Source: Octopus vulgaris (lineage: Eukaryota). Taken from it: 64,000 nt of DNA. Positions within the stretch are counted from its first letter, which is position 1, and every line of letters starts with the position of its first letter. Below are positions 26,781-39,342 of the stretch, piece by piece. A model generated the notes under the pieces. It was not told where the DNA came from. It saw only the letters and a program-made list of their open reading frames with translations, and made no database searches. The DNA lies in assembly GCA_951406725.2 (NCBI GenBank), contig OX597828.1:76508001-76572000 (forward strand), read 5' to 3'. Position numbers and translations under genes: made by a program.

Positions 26781-27329
26781 TACATTTAAGGAAACATTGA
26801 ATAATATGGGTTCAAAAAAAGTTTTTTACATAATTGTCACATTGAATATTATGCATTCAAAAAAGTTTTTTACATAATTGTCACATTGGATATTATGAAT
26901 TCAAAAATGTTTTTTTATACATATTTGTCACATTACATGTATAAATATAGTGTTTGGTAACAGAGAAGTTCAATAGTGTGATGAGACTATTTGGGAAAAT
27001 TTGGCAGAAAAGGATAAAACAAATATATTATTGGGAATTGGTTGCGTTAATTATTGGTTGTCGCAAATTGTCACATTACATGTATATATATACAATCTTT
27101 GGTATATATATACAGCGTTTTGACAGCAAAAATTAAAATGGATTTTTTGTACATCTCAGAATATTTTAAGTATGTTTTTACTGACCTGTCAGTATTAGCA
27201 GAAAGGCTGAACTGAGAGAACAGAAGAAGTAGCCAATGTGGTGTATACTTCCCCTTTATGCATGAATGATTTTGGGGTTATCAGGAGGTTAGTATGCGGG
27301 TGTGAATAGATGTGTCCGTGCCTGCTGGT

Positions 27330-28174
27330 CAGACAGCGTCTGTTTGTCACACACATATATATACACACAAACACACACACACACAACAACACACACACAC
27401 ACACATAGTATACAAACACACACCACATACAAACAACACACACACACACAGAACACACACACCCACACACAACGCACCCACATATATCACATATACACAC
27501 AGCACACAAATATAACATGTATCTATATATAACATACACAGATATATAACACACATACACACACAACACACACACATACACACACGCACACACACACACA
27601 CAACACACGCACACATACATACATAATATAAATATCACACAAATACACCTAGCATATATATACACACATACAATACACACATACAGCATGTAAGCAATAT
27701 ACATACACAATATATGCATGCAATATACATACGCAATACATACATATAATATATATATATATAGACAATGCATATACATATATACACATATACATATAAA
27801 TAGTGTTTACATACACATACATAGATGTACCACATATACACACAACACACATACATACAATGCATACACATACACGTACGCATACATATAATATATATAT
27901 ACACACACACACACATAACATACATACACACACAATGCATACATATATATACACGCAATGCATATACATGTATTCATGCACATATAGCACACCTACAATA
28001 TACATATATACAGTGCACACATACACACAAATATATACACTTAATTGTACACGTACATATACAATACACATACATACAATATACATATACACAATGCGCA
28101 TGCAAATAATGTACATGTTTATACACACATAAACATGCAAATAAATATACACACACACACATACACACACACAC

Positions 28175-28205
<31 letters not shown>

Positions 28206-28409
28206 CACACATACATACATACATACATGCACATACATATATTTTTTCACACACATACACACACATATATATATATAAAAAATTCACCACCCCCCACACA
28301 CACAAATTACAAACCTATAGCGTACACACTCAAATATATCTCTACATGCCGCACACACACACAAACAAAGTACTAACATATACACACATACCATGCATAT
28401 ACACACACA

Positions 28410-28442
<33 letters not shown>

Positions 28443-28613
28443 AACAGATACATATGTAAATACATACACACGTACACAATGCTCACACACACACACACAC
28501 ATACACATACACCCGCACACAGTGCACACACACACACACATATATACACACGTGCACACACACACACACATACAACGCGCGCACACACACATATACACAC
28601 ACACGCACACAGT

Positions 28614-28645
<32 letters not shown>

Positions 28646-28830
28646 CACTCACACACATACATCACCTACATATATATAATGCATGCGTGTGCATGCCACG
28701 TATGTGTGCGGTGAATGCCCGCTAGTGTGTCCTATGCGTGCCGATGCGCGCATGTGCCCGCCCGCACGATATGCTGTGAGCGTGCGCGCGTCCCTGTGTG
28801 CTTGCTCTGGATGTGCTTCCAGGGGGTATG
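27330..28830. repeat. Aperiodic CA/TA low-complexity tract
   Basis: No stable period; drifts into a GC-rich alternating tract. Possibly poorly called sequence. Confidence 0.8.
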
Positions 28831-30579
28831 TTAGAGTATGTTTAGTTGTGGTCTGTATTTTTGAATAAGATTACTTTCCTTATTTATTCGTGTTTGGTCT
28901 GTGGTGTTGTCCGAGCATTGGTATAGTGGGAAGACTAAGAATTTGGGGGACTTATTGTGTGCACAAAGGTCTAAGTGTCCACTTAGTGGTATCTGTCTTG
29001 TGGAGGGGTCCCTCAGTTGTTGTCGGTGAACTGTCATTCTGTCTCTGAGGGTAAGGCTCGTTTGCCCTATGTAGTCTTCGTGGCATCCTTCACACCTTAT
29101 GACGTAGAGTAAATTTTTTGATGCGCACGTGAAGTTATTTTTTATGATGAATGTGTGTCCCGAGTGGAACTTGTACGACGATCCCTCAATGAGGTGGATG
29201 CAGGTCTTACAGTTGGGGCGACCACATTTTTTGATGGTGGGCGGTGGGTTTGTGTTGTGTAATTTTGCGTTGGTGAGGAGGTTTTTTAGGGATTTAGGTT
29301 GTCTCTTACTTTTTATTATTTTATGAGCTGCCAGTATTTTTTTCAGGCGTGGGTCTTGATTTAGTTGTGGAATGTTGTTGTATATAATAGTGTAAGCTTC
29401 TGCATTCCTTGGGTTGTGTGTTGAGAGATAAGGGAGGCTATTGACTGTACTGTGGATGTGTTTGGGTTTTCGAAGGTCTTGAATGTTGATTGATTTGGCC
29501 CGTTCTATTCCGTTGTCTACTAGTGATGCCGGGTAATGTCTTTCGAGAAGAATTGCCCTTAGTTCCCGGAGTCTTCTATTTCGTGTTGTGTCATTTGAGA
29601 CAATAGTGCAGATTCTTCTCGCTAGGTTGAAGGGGATATTTGTCTTTGTGTGTTTTGGGTGATTGGAGGTGAATAGAAGGTATTGTTTAGAGTCAGTGGG
29701 TTTGTAATGGATGTCAGTTTCAATGTTGACGCCTTTTTTAATGATTAGGATGTCAAGAAAAGGGAGTTGGTCCTGACTATATTCCATTGTGAATTGAATG
29801 TTGTTATTTACACTGTTGATAAGGTTTTTGAAGTCTATAAGTTGGTCGAGTGTGTGGGACCATAGGATGAGGCAATCATCTAAGTAGCGTTTCCAGTTCT
29901 CCAACAGGTATTTGTGGAAAGACTGGCCGTACTTATATTTGGATTTTTCATAGATATGTGATTCCAGGTAGGCCATCACCAGGTTTGCATAGGTAGGTGC
30001 AACTTTCGTACCCATTGCAGTCCCTGAGACCTGTCTGTAAGTGTTGTTGTGGAAATACATGAAGTTGTTTTGCAGAATAAATTTGAGGCCCTCAATTATG
30101 AATTCTTTTTTAATTCTTTCCGGGATCTCATTGGGATATTTATCCAGCCAGAATTTAATGGCTTCCAGTCCAAATTCATGTGGGATTGTGGTGTAAAGAT
30201 TAATAACATCAAAAGAAACGATTAAGGTGTCTTTATCGGCATGTTTGGGGAGATGGTTTAATAGGTTCAGGTCATCTCTTACAATACTTGGAATGTGTTT
30301 CAGTATTGGCTTTAAGATGATATCTATAAAGTTGCTAAGTCTGTGTGTTTCACAACTTGGGCCTGCCACTATTGGTCTCAGTTTGAGATCAGTGGGATGT
30401 GGTATAGTGATGCAGGTTGAAGTGGACTTTTTGCAAGCTTCTGTGATAATTTGACTCTTGTGTATTTTTGGAAGCCCATAGAGTGTGCTGGTTTTGCAAT
30501 TAAATTTAGTAATGTAGTCGCATTCCTTTGCTGTCAAGTCATTCCGGTGTTGGTAAATGAGTGCCTTCAGATTGGTCAT
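28831..30579 (-). CDS. Penelope-like (Neptune-type) reverse transcriptase + GIY-YIG endonuclease, 5'-truncated
   Basis: RT motifs LRPIV, VSFDVINLYTTIP, YRQVSGTAMGTKVAPTYANL, WKRYLDD. Cys linker CGRPNCKTC; GIY-YIG LLYVIRCEGCHEDYIGQT. The frame stays open upstream (QYKNSVSLLLEDTTYY) until the (TA)n at ~30665. Confidence 0.95.
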   Translation of the reverse strand: MTNLKALIYQHRNDLTAKECDYITKFNCKTSTLYGLPKIHKSQIITEACKKSTSTCITIPHPTDLKLRPIVAGPSCETHRLSNFIDIILKPILKHIPSIVRDDLNLLNHLPKHADKDTLIVSFDVINLYTTIPHEFGLEAIKFWLDKYPNEIPERIKKEFIIEGLKFILQNNFMYFHNNTYRQVSGTAMGTKVAPTYANLVMAYLESHIYEKSKYKYGQSFHKYLLENWKRYLDDCLILWSHTLDQLIDFKNLINSVNNNIQFTMEYSQDQLPFLDILIIKKGVNIETDIHYKPTDSKQYLLFTSNHPKHTKTNIPFNLARRICTIVSNDTTRNRRLRELRAILLERHYPASLVDNGIERAKSINIQDLRKPKHIHSTVNSLPYLSTHNPRNAEAYTIIYNNIPQLNQDPRLKKILAAHKIIKSKRQPKSLKNLLTNAKLHNTNPPPTIKKCGRPNCKTCIHLIEGSSYKFHSGHTFIIKNNFTCASKNLLYVIRCEGCHEDYIGQTSLTLRDRMTVHRQQLRDPSTRQIPLSGHLDLCAHNKSPKFLVFPLYQCSDNTTDQTRINKESNLIQKYRPQLNIL

Positions 30580-30664
30580 TGTTTTGGATTGCTGGTAGTC
30601 GACTACTCTTTCGTAGTATGTGGTATCCTCTAAAAGGAGAGATACAGAGTTTTTATATTGCTCA

Positions 30665-30724
<60 letters not shown>

Positions 30725-30743
30725 TATATATATATATATGTTT

Positions 30744-31575
30744 ATTAATCAATATAAGGTGGCAAAAAATTTTGTAGAATTTTTTTGCCACCAGCGGCCT
30801 AGTGGGAAAAAAATTAAATAGTCATAGACCATTTATAAGTTCAACATCACAATCAAGGAACGGCCATAATAGGCCATTCACCCACTAGAAATAACAGCCA
30901 AAGCTTCAACCGCAAAATAACATCAATTCCGCAAATCAGGAGAAAATTTTAAAAAAATTAAAAAAACATTTACCCTGTAATTTCTTATACGATGCACCGT
31001 TTCATCTACTGTTTAATGGTAAACTAACCTGATTAAATTAAATCAAGCCAATCTTCCATAGGCCCTTAGATTCGTCAGTAAGAAATAGCCAGATCGGAAC
31101 AGATATTTTCACGAGGCACTTCTGTCCCTGCCTCGGCAATATCTGACCTAAAATTTTCAAATCATCGCACTCGCGCCAAATTTATCGGCAGCAAATAAAT
31201 ATAAGCCGCCGATTCCATTACGGAATTAACCAGAAAATTCATAATTAATCAATATAGGATGGCAAAAAATTTTGTAGAATTTTTTTGCCACCAGCGGCCT
31301 AGTGGGAAAAAATTAAATAGTCATAGACCATTTATAAGTTCAACATCACAATCAAGGAACGGCCATAATAGGCCATTCACCCACTAGAAATAACAGCCAA
31401 AGCTTCAACCGCAAAATAACATCAATTCCGCAAATCAGGAGAAAATTAAAAAAAAAAAATTAACAATTTTTTAAAATTTTCTCCTGATTTGCGGAATTGA
31501 TGTTATTTTGCGGTTGAAGCTTTGGCTGTTATTTCTAGTGGGTGAATGGCCTATTATGGCCGTTCCTTGATTGTG

Positions 31576-31576
<1 letters not shown>
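30744..31576 (-). mobile_element. ORF-less pLTR/retrozyme-like repeat: 500-bp period direct repeat plus inverted end
   Basis: 30744-30960 repeats at 31244-31460. 31463-31576 is an inverted copy of ~30843-30955. (TA)n on both flanks. Confidence 0.75.
30980..31086 (-). ncRNA. Type I hammerhead ribozyme, canonical core
   Basis: ATTTCTTA-CTGACGA-ATCTA..loop..TAGAT-GAAA-CGGTGCATCG-TA-TAAGAAAT. 8-bp stem I, near-palindromic stem III, GUA cleavage triplet. Confidence 0.85.
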
Positions 31577-31630
<54 letters not shown>

Positions 31631-31639
31631 GTATATGTA

Positions 31640-31683
<44 letters not shown>

Positions 31684-32046
31684 CATATATATATATATAT
31701 ATATAAAATAATTATACCATATGTTGCATACATATTATATCATACCAGGATATTGTGTGGACTAAGATCCCCATTGACAGGCTGCTGTAGTTATAGAGTG
31801 TCAAACACATTCGGTATGCAAATTAGGGGTTCTTTCATAGGGTAACTGCTGCTTTTGTTGAATATATACAGTTTGGTTGCTTGTTTCACTGGGGTCAGTC
31901 AGAATCATGTAGACGGTTCTGATGAGTGCCGAATCAGGTTTGAAATCAAATGAGGCTGTTCATCATTTTTTTCTGTCTGTGGAGAAATTACTAAAATTTG
32001 CCCTGTTTATATTTATACCATATGTTATGCATATATATATATAATA

Positions 32047-32119
<73 letters not shown>

Positions 32120-32157
32120 GATAAATATGTATATATATCTATCTATATATAGATATG

Positions 32158-32241
<84 letters not shown>

Positions 32242-32500
32242 TATATGCATTATGCTCGCAATTTTACAGTATGCAGCTGTGCATCCTTAATCAGTGAGAG
32301 AATGTGTCGTCTTAGGGGTTAAAAAGTTGCAGTAAAGCCATGCTAAAGTGGTTGCGTATATTACTTTTTAGTACCACTACAGCGTCGATCTCTTAGAGAG
32401 ATTCTAGAACTAGCATATTTGCTTGTTGCAAAATCAGCGATTGTGGGTTAGCTTGGAATATATATATATATATATTGCGTGCAGAAGCGAGCTTCTATCA

Positions 32501-32586
32501 TCTCTAGCTGACGAGGCGTCCAGAACTGAGGTGTAGCAGAAATAGCTCGAAACCAGGACTGGGCTACTGGTCCCGTCGCTAGAAGA
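32501..32586 (+). ncRNA. Degenerate hammerhead in a pLTR-like repeat
   Basis: TCTCTAG-CTGACGA...CTC-GAAAC-ca-GGACTGG(GCTA)CTGGTCC-c-GTC-g-CTAGAAGA. Lies between ~90-bp diverged direct repeats (~32270-32362 and ~32622-32732). Confidence 0.45.
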
Positions 32587-33306
32587 TTGCAGGTGTTCGC
32601 ATCCCTGTTGGCAATTTTATCGGATGCAGCTATACATCGTTAACCAGGTAGAGGAGATGTCCTCTTGGGGTTAAAAAATGGCAGTAGAGTCCGCTCGAAC
32701 GGAGAGCCATGTTAAAGTGGCCACGAATATTATATGTATCTATGCAAAGATGTTATGCTCTTTGTTTGAAGCACCCCCGTATATTTTCCTTCATTTTATT
32801 GTTTAGTTTCACTTTCACATTTATATAATATTTGTTCCACTTCAATTTCCATTCCCATTCCCCTTTCATAGCAACGCCTTCCGTAATACGTTTCTTATTT
32901 CTCTTCCTCTCTTTCCCTTATTCCGCTATGCTTTGCTATGCTAAGTACCTTAACTTAGAAGGCGTGTCCTCAACCAGAAAATAAGTCCATTTTCACACAT
33001 ACTGCCCTGTAACATTTCAGGTTTAAATCGGTAACCTACTTAAAATGTTGGTTACTGAACAACGATCTGGAGGAGGTGCTCAGAGGGAAGAAACGAAAGC
33101 AAATGTAAAAATTATAAAAGGCAAATAAAATTAGATATGAGCAAAGAAAATATTAAACAAAAAATTTTGAGGACATTACGAGTTGGTATATAATTTGTGT
33201 TGTGTGAAAGATGTTATTATTGAGGACATCCTACCTTTAGCTTCCAATACAATAAAACCTCAGTAATCTTCCTATAGTATTCGTGTCTTTCTTTTAACAT
33301 TCTTAT

Positions 33307-33345
<39 letters not shown>

Positions 33346-34744
33346 GTTTGTAAATACATGCAATCATGTAGGTGTTTGCTTCGGTGCTCTCGCATAAACA
33401 CGAACAGGCCCGCACGCACACAGAAACTAAAAACCATACACACACTTATCTACACACAGACAGACACACACACACACATGTTTCAGCGCATGCACGAAAT
33501 ACTCGGCCTTGAATCAGTTATGGAGATGTATATTTAAATAAATAAATATATAAATACATAAATGAAGAAATGAATAAATAAATGAAATAACATATTAATG
33601 TATTCTTTAGGGTGGGGCTTGATCGAACTATCGAAAAACAAACCGTTTTCTGTGTATGGTACTCAATACATTGAGTAGAGTAGAACTTCATAATATCGGT
33701 TTCGCCTTGAATATTAGATTGGAAAAATGATTTAAGTCAAAAAACTTAATCCAAATTATTGTTTTTCTTTTTATGTTTTGTGTGTGCGTGTATTTTTGCG
33801 TTCTGCGATGTTGTCTCTGACGTCGGACAAACGAAATAAGCAAGCAGAAATAAGAGTACCTGCCTCTTTCCAGAAAGATTGCTTCGCGAATCGATCTTCA
33901 TGCCACTGCAGGTGGGCGAAGAAACACTAGCTCAAGCATACGGAGGGCGCAGACCACTAAGAAAACAAATTCACTACACTACACATTCACAAAAATATAT
34001 ACACCAAGAACCAAGATACAAATCCCCCTCCGATATTTAAGTTCTTGCAGCGGACTATCGCTGTGGCATAAAATCAAACTGGGTGACATGCTTACAATTT
34101 CTGCTTCAATATTGTATTATATATAAATGGAAAATGCCTTAAATACTCAAAAAATATACACATTGGGCAGACACAGAAAGACCCTAATTCTTCATCAGTT
34201 AGCGACTGAAACGCTAAAACACAGTTTCATGCCCTTAAAAATAAGACAAAGAATCTCGCATATCGGCGGCAGCTGCAAAACCTGCAGAGAATTAGGGCTC
34301 GAGAAACAAAACGGTTTATTTACATATCTTTGCATGTGTGCTTGTGTGTATGTGTTTGTTTATGCGTGTGTGTGTGTGTGGATGTGTTTGTGTGTGCGTG
34401 TACACGTGTGAGCGCATGACCCAGTGGTCAGGGTTTTGCACTCACGATCGCAAGATCGTGCGTTCAATTCTTAGACTGGGTGGTACATTGCGTTCTTGAG
34501 CATAAAAAAATTCATCTCACGTTGCGCTACGATCCGTCCGACACGTGTTCAGAGAGCGTCAGTTTGATGAAGAGAAAGAGAGAGAGAGTGTGTGCTAATG
34601 GGCGGCACGCACATTTGATCACTGGAAACAAGCTATCTGTGCAGATCGCTCGGTAAAAACTGAACGCTTATACATCGTATTAGATGGGAAGGTCCACCAC
34701 ACACGAACACACTCACACACGCACACTCACACACATGTATATAT

Positions 34745-35105
34745 AATCAGCCGAAATTGCGAGGATAATCTGGTACTTGACTGAAGAAAGAAAACTACGA
34801 ATTACCAGTGCTTGTTTTCTTCGTATCGTCTATCTGGATGTGTTGTTGTCTCTTCTTGTATCACCTAGCTGTCCGGATGTTTTGCGTTCTTGTCCCATTT
34901 TGTATTATTCGGCATGATTGATCGTTAGCCACTACACACATTTTTTCTCTCCTTGTTTCTCTCCTTGTTTTTTCTGTGTCCCTTTCTGTAGAAGAGCGTA
35001 GGCTCGAAACGTAAAAGACTTTTTTCTATTCCTGAGCGTTATACTATTACATCTGTTTGTTTTGTACACCACCTGTCTTCGTCTTTTGTTTTTTTCGTAA
35101 ACTCT

Positions 35106-35108
<3 letters not shown>
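34745..35108 (+). mobile_element. Non-autonomous pLTR-like repeat with minimal hammerhead-like motif
   Basis: 34982-35017 reads CTTT-CTGTAGA-A-GAGC(GTAG)GCTC-GAAAC-GTA-AAAG. 34858-34905 matches ~8100-8150 in inverse orientation. TA-repeat flanks. Confidence 0.55.
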
Positions 35109-35177
<69 letters not shown>

Positions 35178-36091
35178 GAAGGAGAGAAAGAGCGAGTTCG
35201 AGAGATAGAAACGGATTGACTGACTGATTGCCAGAGTGAGTGTACATAAGTGTGTGTGTTAAAAGCGAGACTTTAATGGAATCTATAAATGTGTTGAAGA
35301 AAATAACATGTTATGGAAAATGGAAAATTTTAAGTTCTTCTGTCTAAGTCCATAAACACACCCCGACCAGGACACACACGATTCGCCGGTATTGTAATTG
35401 AATTTAATCTCTGTCTCTCTTTCTGTATATGCATATGTGTGTGTGTTCGTGTGTGTGTGTGTGTGTTCGGGTGTTTGTGTGTGTGGGGGTGCATAGAGAT
35501 AGCTATATAGATGGAGGGATACATAGATACATGTGTGTACATGCGTGTGTGTGCGAGTGTTTGTGAATATGTGCGTGTTTGTGTGTGTGTGTATTTGTGT
35601 GCGTGTATGTGTGTGCGTATGCATTAAGCGCCAGTCTGTTTCACAGCGTATACCCATTCTCACTCTCACATGCAGAACACCATCATAAACACACACACAC
35701 TCACACACACTCCCACAGCCATCAGTATATATACGCAGAGAGTTTCCTTCTGTCACATAACCCATCCCCAACCTCCCCATCGCTCTTTCATTCCGTTAAT
35801 CTCTTTCAATGTTAATCTACCCAGTGGATTTCTCCAACTTCCTTCAGCTTCCCCACCCACACTCTCATTCCCCTCTCCCTCATTCCTCTTCTTACCAATC
35901 GTCATTCCCAACCAATTCCAGTCTGCAGTTTACTCTTCTCTCAACACTTCTCTCATTCATTATCCAAACAGTTTTGGAATTCGTCACCAAACATTCGCAT
36001 TCCCAGTTCTCTACTCACAAACGCCTAACATATATGAACACAGATATATACATATATACACACATACGTGTATATATGCATATATACACAC

Positions 36092-36126
<35 letters not shown>

Positions 36127-36178
36127 GAGAGAAAGAGGGAGAGACAGATAAACAGATAGATAGATGGATAGATAGATA

Positions 36179-36481
36179 AGTTTCTTTATTGGCCACACAG
36201 GGCTGCACACAGATGGGACAAGTTACAAGGTAGAGCTTTTCTTTTGGGGGATGAAAAAAACAAAAAAAACAAAAAACAAAAGAAACGAAAAAAAGGTGGC
36301 GTAGGTTTTCGATCAAAAGGGATCGTAAAAGGGAAAAAAAAGAATAAAAAATAAAATTTAAAAAAAGAAAAAAAAGAAAAAAAGGAAAAGGAACAAAAGA
36401 AAAGATTAATGAAAAAAACAGGAAAAAAGGGGAAAAAAAGGGGAAGAGGAAAAAAACGATAGATAGATAGATAGATGTGTC

Positions 36482-36520
<39 letters not shown>

Positions 36521-37445
36521 GCATATGTATATATGTATATAATGTGTGTGTATACATACATGTATACGCGCAAACTCACACACGCATGCATATATGAATC
36601 ATTATTTCGGCAGACGGTGCCCGCCATTTTCGAGTTATAGCTAAATCGTTTCCTCCGATGTTCACCAAAACTGAGGTTAGTTTGCGTTGTTGTTGTGTGT
36701 TTATTTTTCGTATTTTATCTCTGGTACAATTACGGATTTAGTTTTGTTATTTCGTTATTTTGTTATATTAGTTTTAGGGGTTGTTACCCCTCACCACGCG
36801 GAGAGAAGTAGATATATCAATAGATATATCTAATTATCGATAGAGATAGATAGGTGTGTAGACAGACAGACAAATAGATAGATAGATAGGTAGATAGATA
36901 GATAGATAGAATGAGAGATATATATGTTTCTTTATTAGCCACACAGGGCTGAACACAGAGGGGACAAATTACAAAGTAGAGCTTTTCTTTTGGGGGATAA
37001 AGAAATGGGGGTAGGTTTTCGATGAAAAGGGATCGTAAAAAAAGAAAGAAAAAACGATAGGGATCGTGTATCACAGAAATGTCATGATGTAAAGTTTAAA
37101 GGGGGAAACAGATAAGGTTTATCCTTGGAAAGAAAAGCTTACGGAGAAGAGCACGGTAACTTCGGTCAATAATGTCACATGTTAACACATTTATTTGCAA
37201 GTAAGTGACTCTCTGTTTTAAATTTTTCCGGGTTTATGGGATTATGCTCAAGGTGGCTTCGTAATCCTTGCTATATTCACCCATCTTTTTTTGAAACATT
37301 CGCTAGACAAAACTTACCTCTCTACTCTCATCTTCCTCTTCAAGTGATACTTGAAGCAGTTGATGAGATATTGACCAGAGAGGAAAGTGTTTATCTCTAA
37401 TCCTTTCAGGCGCGTCCACCAGATACATTCTTTCGCCATAGCTAC

Positions 37446-37533
<88 letters not shown>

Positions 37534-38254
37534 GGATGGATAGCCAGATCGATAGATAGATAGATAAGTTTCTTTATTGGCCACACAGGGCTGCACACAG
37601 ATGGGACAAGTTACAAGGTAGAGCTTTTCTTTTGGGGGATGAAAAAAAAAACAAAACAAAAAAAAGATGTCCTTGGTCAATATGTTATATGTTACCACAT
37701 TTGTTTGCAAGTGGGTAACCCTCTATTTTCAATTTCTGGGTTCATAGGATTATGCTCAAGGTGGCTTCGTCATTCATACGTAAAATGGTACTCCTCGTCG
37801 ACGTCCTGACCCGACTGTTCGGGACGACTTTCGGGCCAGGGCTCATGGACAACTTCCAGAGATCCCTGGCCTGGCAGTGCTACCGAGAAGCGCTACCCGT
37901 TCGGGATAAGCTCTATAGACGCGGCTCGAGAAACACGGGGCCGACCTGCCCGAGATGCGGTCAGAGCGACGAAACCGTTCTGCACGCACTCATGCAGTGT
38001 CCAACAATCTCCGACCTGTGGGCTTATGTCGAACGATTGCTGTCACGTGTGGGACGAATCGGTTTATCACCTGAGTCTATCGTCAATATTGTCACGCCTC
38101 CTTCCTTCAAACGGGAAGGAAGAGCTATTTTCATCATCCTTGTGGCTATGGCGAAAGAATGTATCTGGTGGACGCGTCTGAAAGGATTGGAGACAAACAC
38201 TTTCCTCTCTGGTCAATCTCTCATCAACTTCTTCAAGTACCACTTGAAAAGGAG
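36179..38254 (-). mobile_element. Cluster of three Tx1/L1-clade 3' ends in (GATA)n; third copy with inverted 5' segment
   Basis: The 3' terminus CAGCCCTGTGTGGC(C/T)AATAAAGAAAC occurs at ~36180, ~36927 and ~37568. ORF end on minus at 37270-37445. Plus-strand zf-RVT-like segment at 37782-38254 (LPVRDKLYRRG..CPRCGQSDETVLHALMQC). Confidence 0.85.
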
Positions 38255-38256
38255 AC

Positions 38257-38412
<156 letters not shown>

Positions 38413-38413
38413 T

Positions 38414-38446
<33 letters not shown>

Positions 38447-38758
38447 CTTGTTTGATTGATTGATCTCCATCATGTACTACGATCAAGATTTAGTTCTTCC
38501 ATCAGTTGATTTACCTGCTCCTGAATTAACGTTCATATGAAAAGATTCGATAGAATATCTCGACATGGATAGCAATCTGGATGAAATAGCAACCAAATTT
38601 CCGTCTAGCCAAAATATCTATCGTTTTAAATACACAAAAACGAATTGAGCAAGGTAGACCCAGGCAGGAAAGAATAGCAGCTAGAACGTCCTTGTGGGTG
38701 GATTTATGCATTTATTCCCTTACCTTTGAATATGGAATAAAGAACAGAAAGGATTAGC

Positions 38759-38946
38759 GCGATAACAAAATGGTGTAATTGTTAACGTCTGCGTCACAGG
38801 ACGTGATTATAAAGGAGATCGGTGGCCTGTTTTTATTGTCTCACTCGTGTAAGGAACGGGTTGATTTTATTAAACTTGCTGTGGATTTACAAATAGAAAT
38901 TCTCTTTGATTTATGAAGTAGAAATATTTTAACGACATTTCAAATG
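38759..38946 (+). promoter_or_regulatory. Duplicated promoter-like cassette, copy 1 (CRE/AP-1-like + TATA)
   Basis: TGCGTCA, GACGTG and TATAAA at 38808, ending CAAATG. Direct repeat of 43852-44040. The duplication is certain; the function is inferred. Confidence 0.4.
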
Positions 38947-38975
38947 TCCGCTGAATTGGTTTCATTCCTTTAACG

Positions 38976-39085
<110 letters not shown>

Positions 39086-39291
39086 ATATACACATATATA
39101 TATACATGCATGCATGCATACATACTTACAGACATATCACACATATATATAAATATATATATATATATATATGCGTATACACGTACATATATATACATAT
39201 ATACGAACATGAATATATATTTATATATATATATATACACATATATATATATACATGCATGCATGCATACATACTTACAGACATATCACAC

Positions 39292-39342
<51 letters not shown>

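Noticed and set aside
26790-26940. Short ~40-bp repeats resembling a CRISPR array
   Set aside because: A tandem minisatellite without unique spacers, in a eukaryotic context with no cas genes.
27330-28830. Information-rich-looking aperiodic CA tract with Cys/Val/Tyr ORFs
   Set aside because: No period or codon structure. It resembles noisy base-calling through a long microsatellite and should be checked against raw reads.
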